Of a DNA stretch of 64,000 nt, positions 62,826-64,000 are shown piece after piece (the stretch's first letter is position 1; the number at the start of each line of letters is the position of its first letter). Origin of the DNA: Candidatus Oxydemutatoraceae bacterium (GTDB lineage: Bacteria; Pseudomonadota; Gammaproteobacteria; Poriferisulfidales; Oxydemutatoraceae). The notes under the pieces are model-generated. The model searched no databases. It saw only the letters and a list, made by a program, of their open reading frames with translations, and had not been told where the DNA came from. The stretch spans positions 1,516,769 through 1,580,768 of the forward strand of contig OZ244779.1 of assembly GCA_965219575.1 (NCBI GenBank). The letters are read 5' to 3'. A program made the position numbers and the translations under genes.

Positions 62826-63437
62826 TTAAATGCTATGCTCCTCGACTTTGCGACGAGGTTCGGGGTTCAATTCCGTGGGATTATCGGTTCCGACATCGGG
62901 CAAGCCGAAATCAAAATGCCAAGAGTACTGTGTCGGCAACATTGCCACGATACGTTGTGCACCGTCGACGAACGGCGGCAATAAGCGAGATTGGTTCCAC
63001 CAATCGTAGATCGATACTTTCGTCAGTCCGGCAAAAATAACCAATAGCATCACGATGATTGCCCCTCGTGCTAAACCGAAAGCAGCACCTAAAATACGAT
63101 TCATGCCTTTTAGTATAGTGCTGTGCGAGACTAAATTGCTAAGCGCATTGCTTAGTAGATTGCCGATGAAGAGTGAGACGATGAAAATCAATATAAACGA
63201 GATTACAAAGACGATAGACCCTCCTTCTACATTAAAGCCTAGCCATTCTCCGCCCCAGTTTTGCGAAACCGGCATCAACCATCGCACCGGATATTCGGAT
63301 AGATAAAAGGCGAGAAATAACGCCACAATCAAACTCGCCAGAAATAATGCTTCCTTAACAAATCCTTTATAGATACCTATGCCCACCGAAATAAACAGAA
63401 TCAAACATATCGCAACATCGACATAGTTCAACATCAA
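62826..63437 (-). CDS. cvpA: CvpA (colicin V production) family membrane protein
   Basis: GFVKEA, NRILGAAFGLARG, WWNQS; directly upstream of purF. Confidence 0.92.
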   Translation of the reverse strand: MMLNYVDVAICLILFISVGIGIYKGFVKEALFLASLIVALFLAFYLSEYPVRWLMPVSQNWGGEWLGFNVEGGSIVFVISFILIFIVSLFIGNLLSNALSNLVSHSTILKGMNRILGAAFGLARGAIIVMLLVIFAGLTKVSIYDWWNQSRLLPPFVDGAQRIVAMLPTQYSWHFDFGLPDVGTDNPTELNPEPRRKVEEHSI

Positions 63438-63438
63438 A

Positions 63439-63894
63439 TCATTCTCTTCCTTTTATAAAGGCATCGGGATAATCTTTTTTGATAAGTTCCGTTATCTCAC
63501 TCAAAACCTCGTAATCGTCGGAAAGTACTTTAACGACATAAACCTCACGATCATCAGCCATCTCGGTTTCTATGCTGATGAACACATTCAATGCTTCCAT
63601 TGCAATGATTTTTTCGCGTGCTACGAAAGCATCTTCCTCAACATCAAAACTCCCCACTTGCGTCACCCACAACGGGGTAAATTCGGCATCCTCCGGCTCA
63701 TCCAATAGTATTTCCGGTGAAGGATAGTTTTGTTCGCTTGCGTCGATTTGTCTAGGCGGTGCGGTCATACTATCGTTGAATCCTTTGGTATCCATCGACG
63801 GCGGCGGCGGTTCAAATAACAAAGACAATAAGATCACCGCAACCAAAACCAGTATGATCGTACCTAATAATCGTTTCTTGATATGCCGTTCCAT
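63439..63894 (-). CDS. dedD: DedD-like SPOR-domain cell division protein
   Basis: KKRLLGTIILV N-terminal TM, WVTQVGSF SPOR motif; folC-dedD-cvpA-purF order. Confidence 0.8.
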   Translation of the reverse strand: MERHIKKRLLGTIILVLVAVILLSLLFEPPPPSMDTKGFNDSMTAPPRQIDASEQNYPSPEILLDEPEDAEFTPLWVTQVGSFDVEEDAFVAREKIIAMEALNVFISIETEMADDREVYVVKVLSDDYEVLSEITELIKKDYPDAFIKGRE

Positions 63895-63895
63895 C

Positions 63896-64000
63896 TTAAG
63901 CATCCAATTCCTTCAAGGCATCTGCGACGGTCATCGTAGAACCGAAAACGAGTAATTGCTCTCCGTTTTGTATGTTTTATATTGCATAGTTGTATGCCTC
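63896..64000 (-). CDS. folC: 3' end of folylpolyglutamate/dihydrofolate synthase (partial; contains an in-frame TAA)
   Basis: EAYNYAI*NIQNGEQLLVFGSTMTVADALKELDA*; the LVFGS..TV motif and synteny match the FolC C-terminus. Confidence 0.7.

Overview
Core chromosomal segment of a gammaproteobacterium, judged from gene order and the 16S sequence. It probably lies beside the replication terminus, because a near-canonical 28-bp dif site sits at 3240-3267. Most of the window is housekeeping: fabD-fabG-acpP-fabF-pabC-mltG-tmk-holB; infA; clpS-clpA; mnmA; ffh; rpsB-tsf-pyrH-frr-uppS-cdsA-dxr-rseP-bamA-skp-lpxD-fabZ-lpxA; clpX-lon-hupB-ppiD; fabI; tig-clpP; rnhB-dnaE; a cyclophilin with lpxH; folC-dedD-cvpA-purF. 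RNA genes are a 16S rRNA gene with no linked 23S, RNase P RNA and five tRNAs. Main oddities: (1) a compensatory G1405A/C1496U change in the normally invariant decoding site of the 16S; (2) two paralogous secreted Ig/Calx-beta-like proteins with an identical 25-aa C-terminus (…LCIRSKVFLEGPLQ), one split by an IS1202-like element with a 16-bp target duplication and an internal 135-bp tandem repeat; (3) a 24%-methionine Lpp/OprI-like lipoprotein next to an L,D-transpeptidase; (4) three families of short repeats, namely TIR-bounded MITEs carrying REP-like hairpins, a 41-bp TA-flanked palindrome sitting on stop codons and nested in the MITEs, and a CCCCTCC/GGAGGGG hairpin; (5) tRNA genes lacking encoded CCA and several broken conserved operons. 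All calls are by eye and motif recognition; no database search was run.
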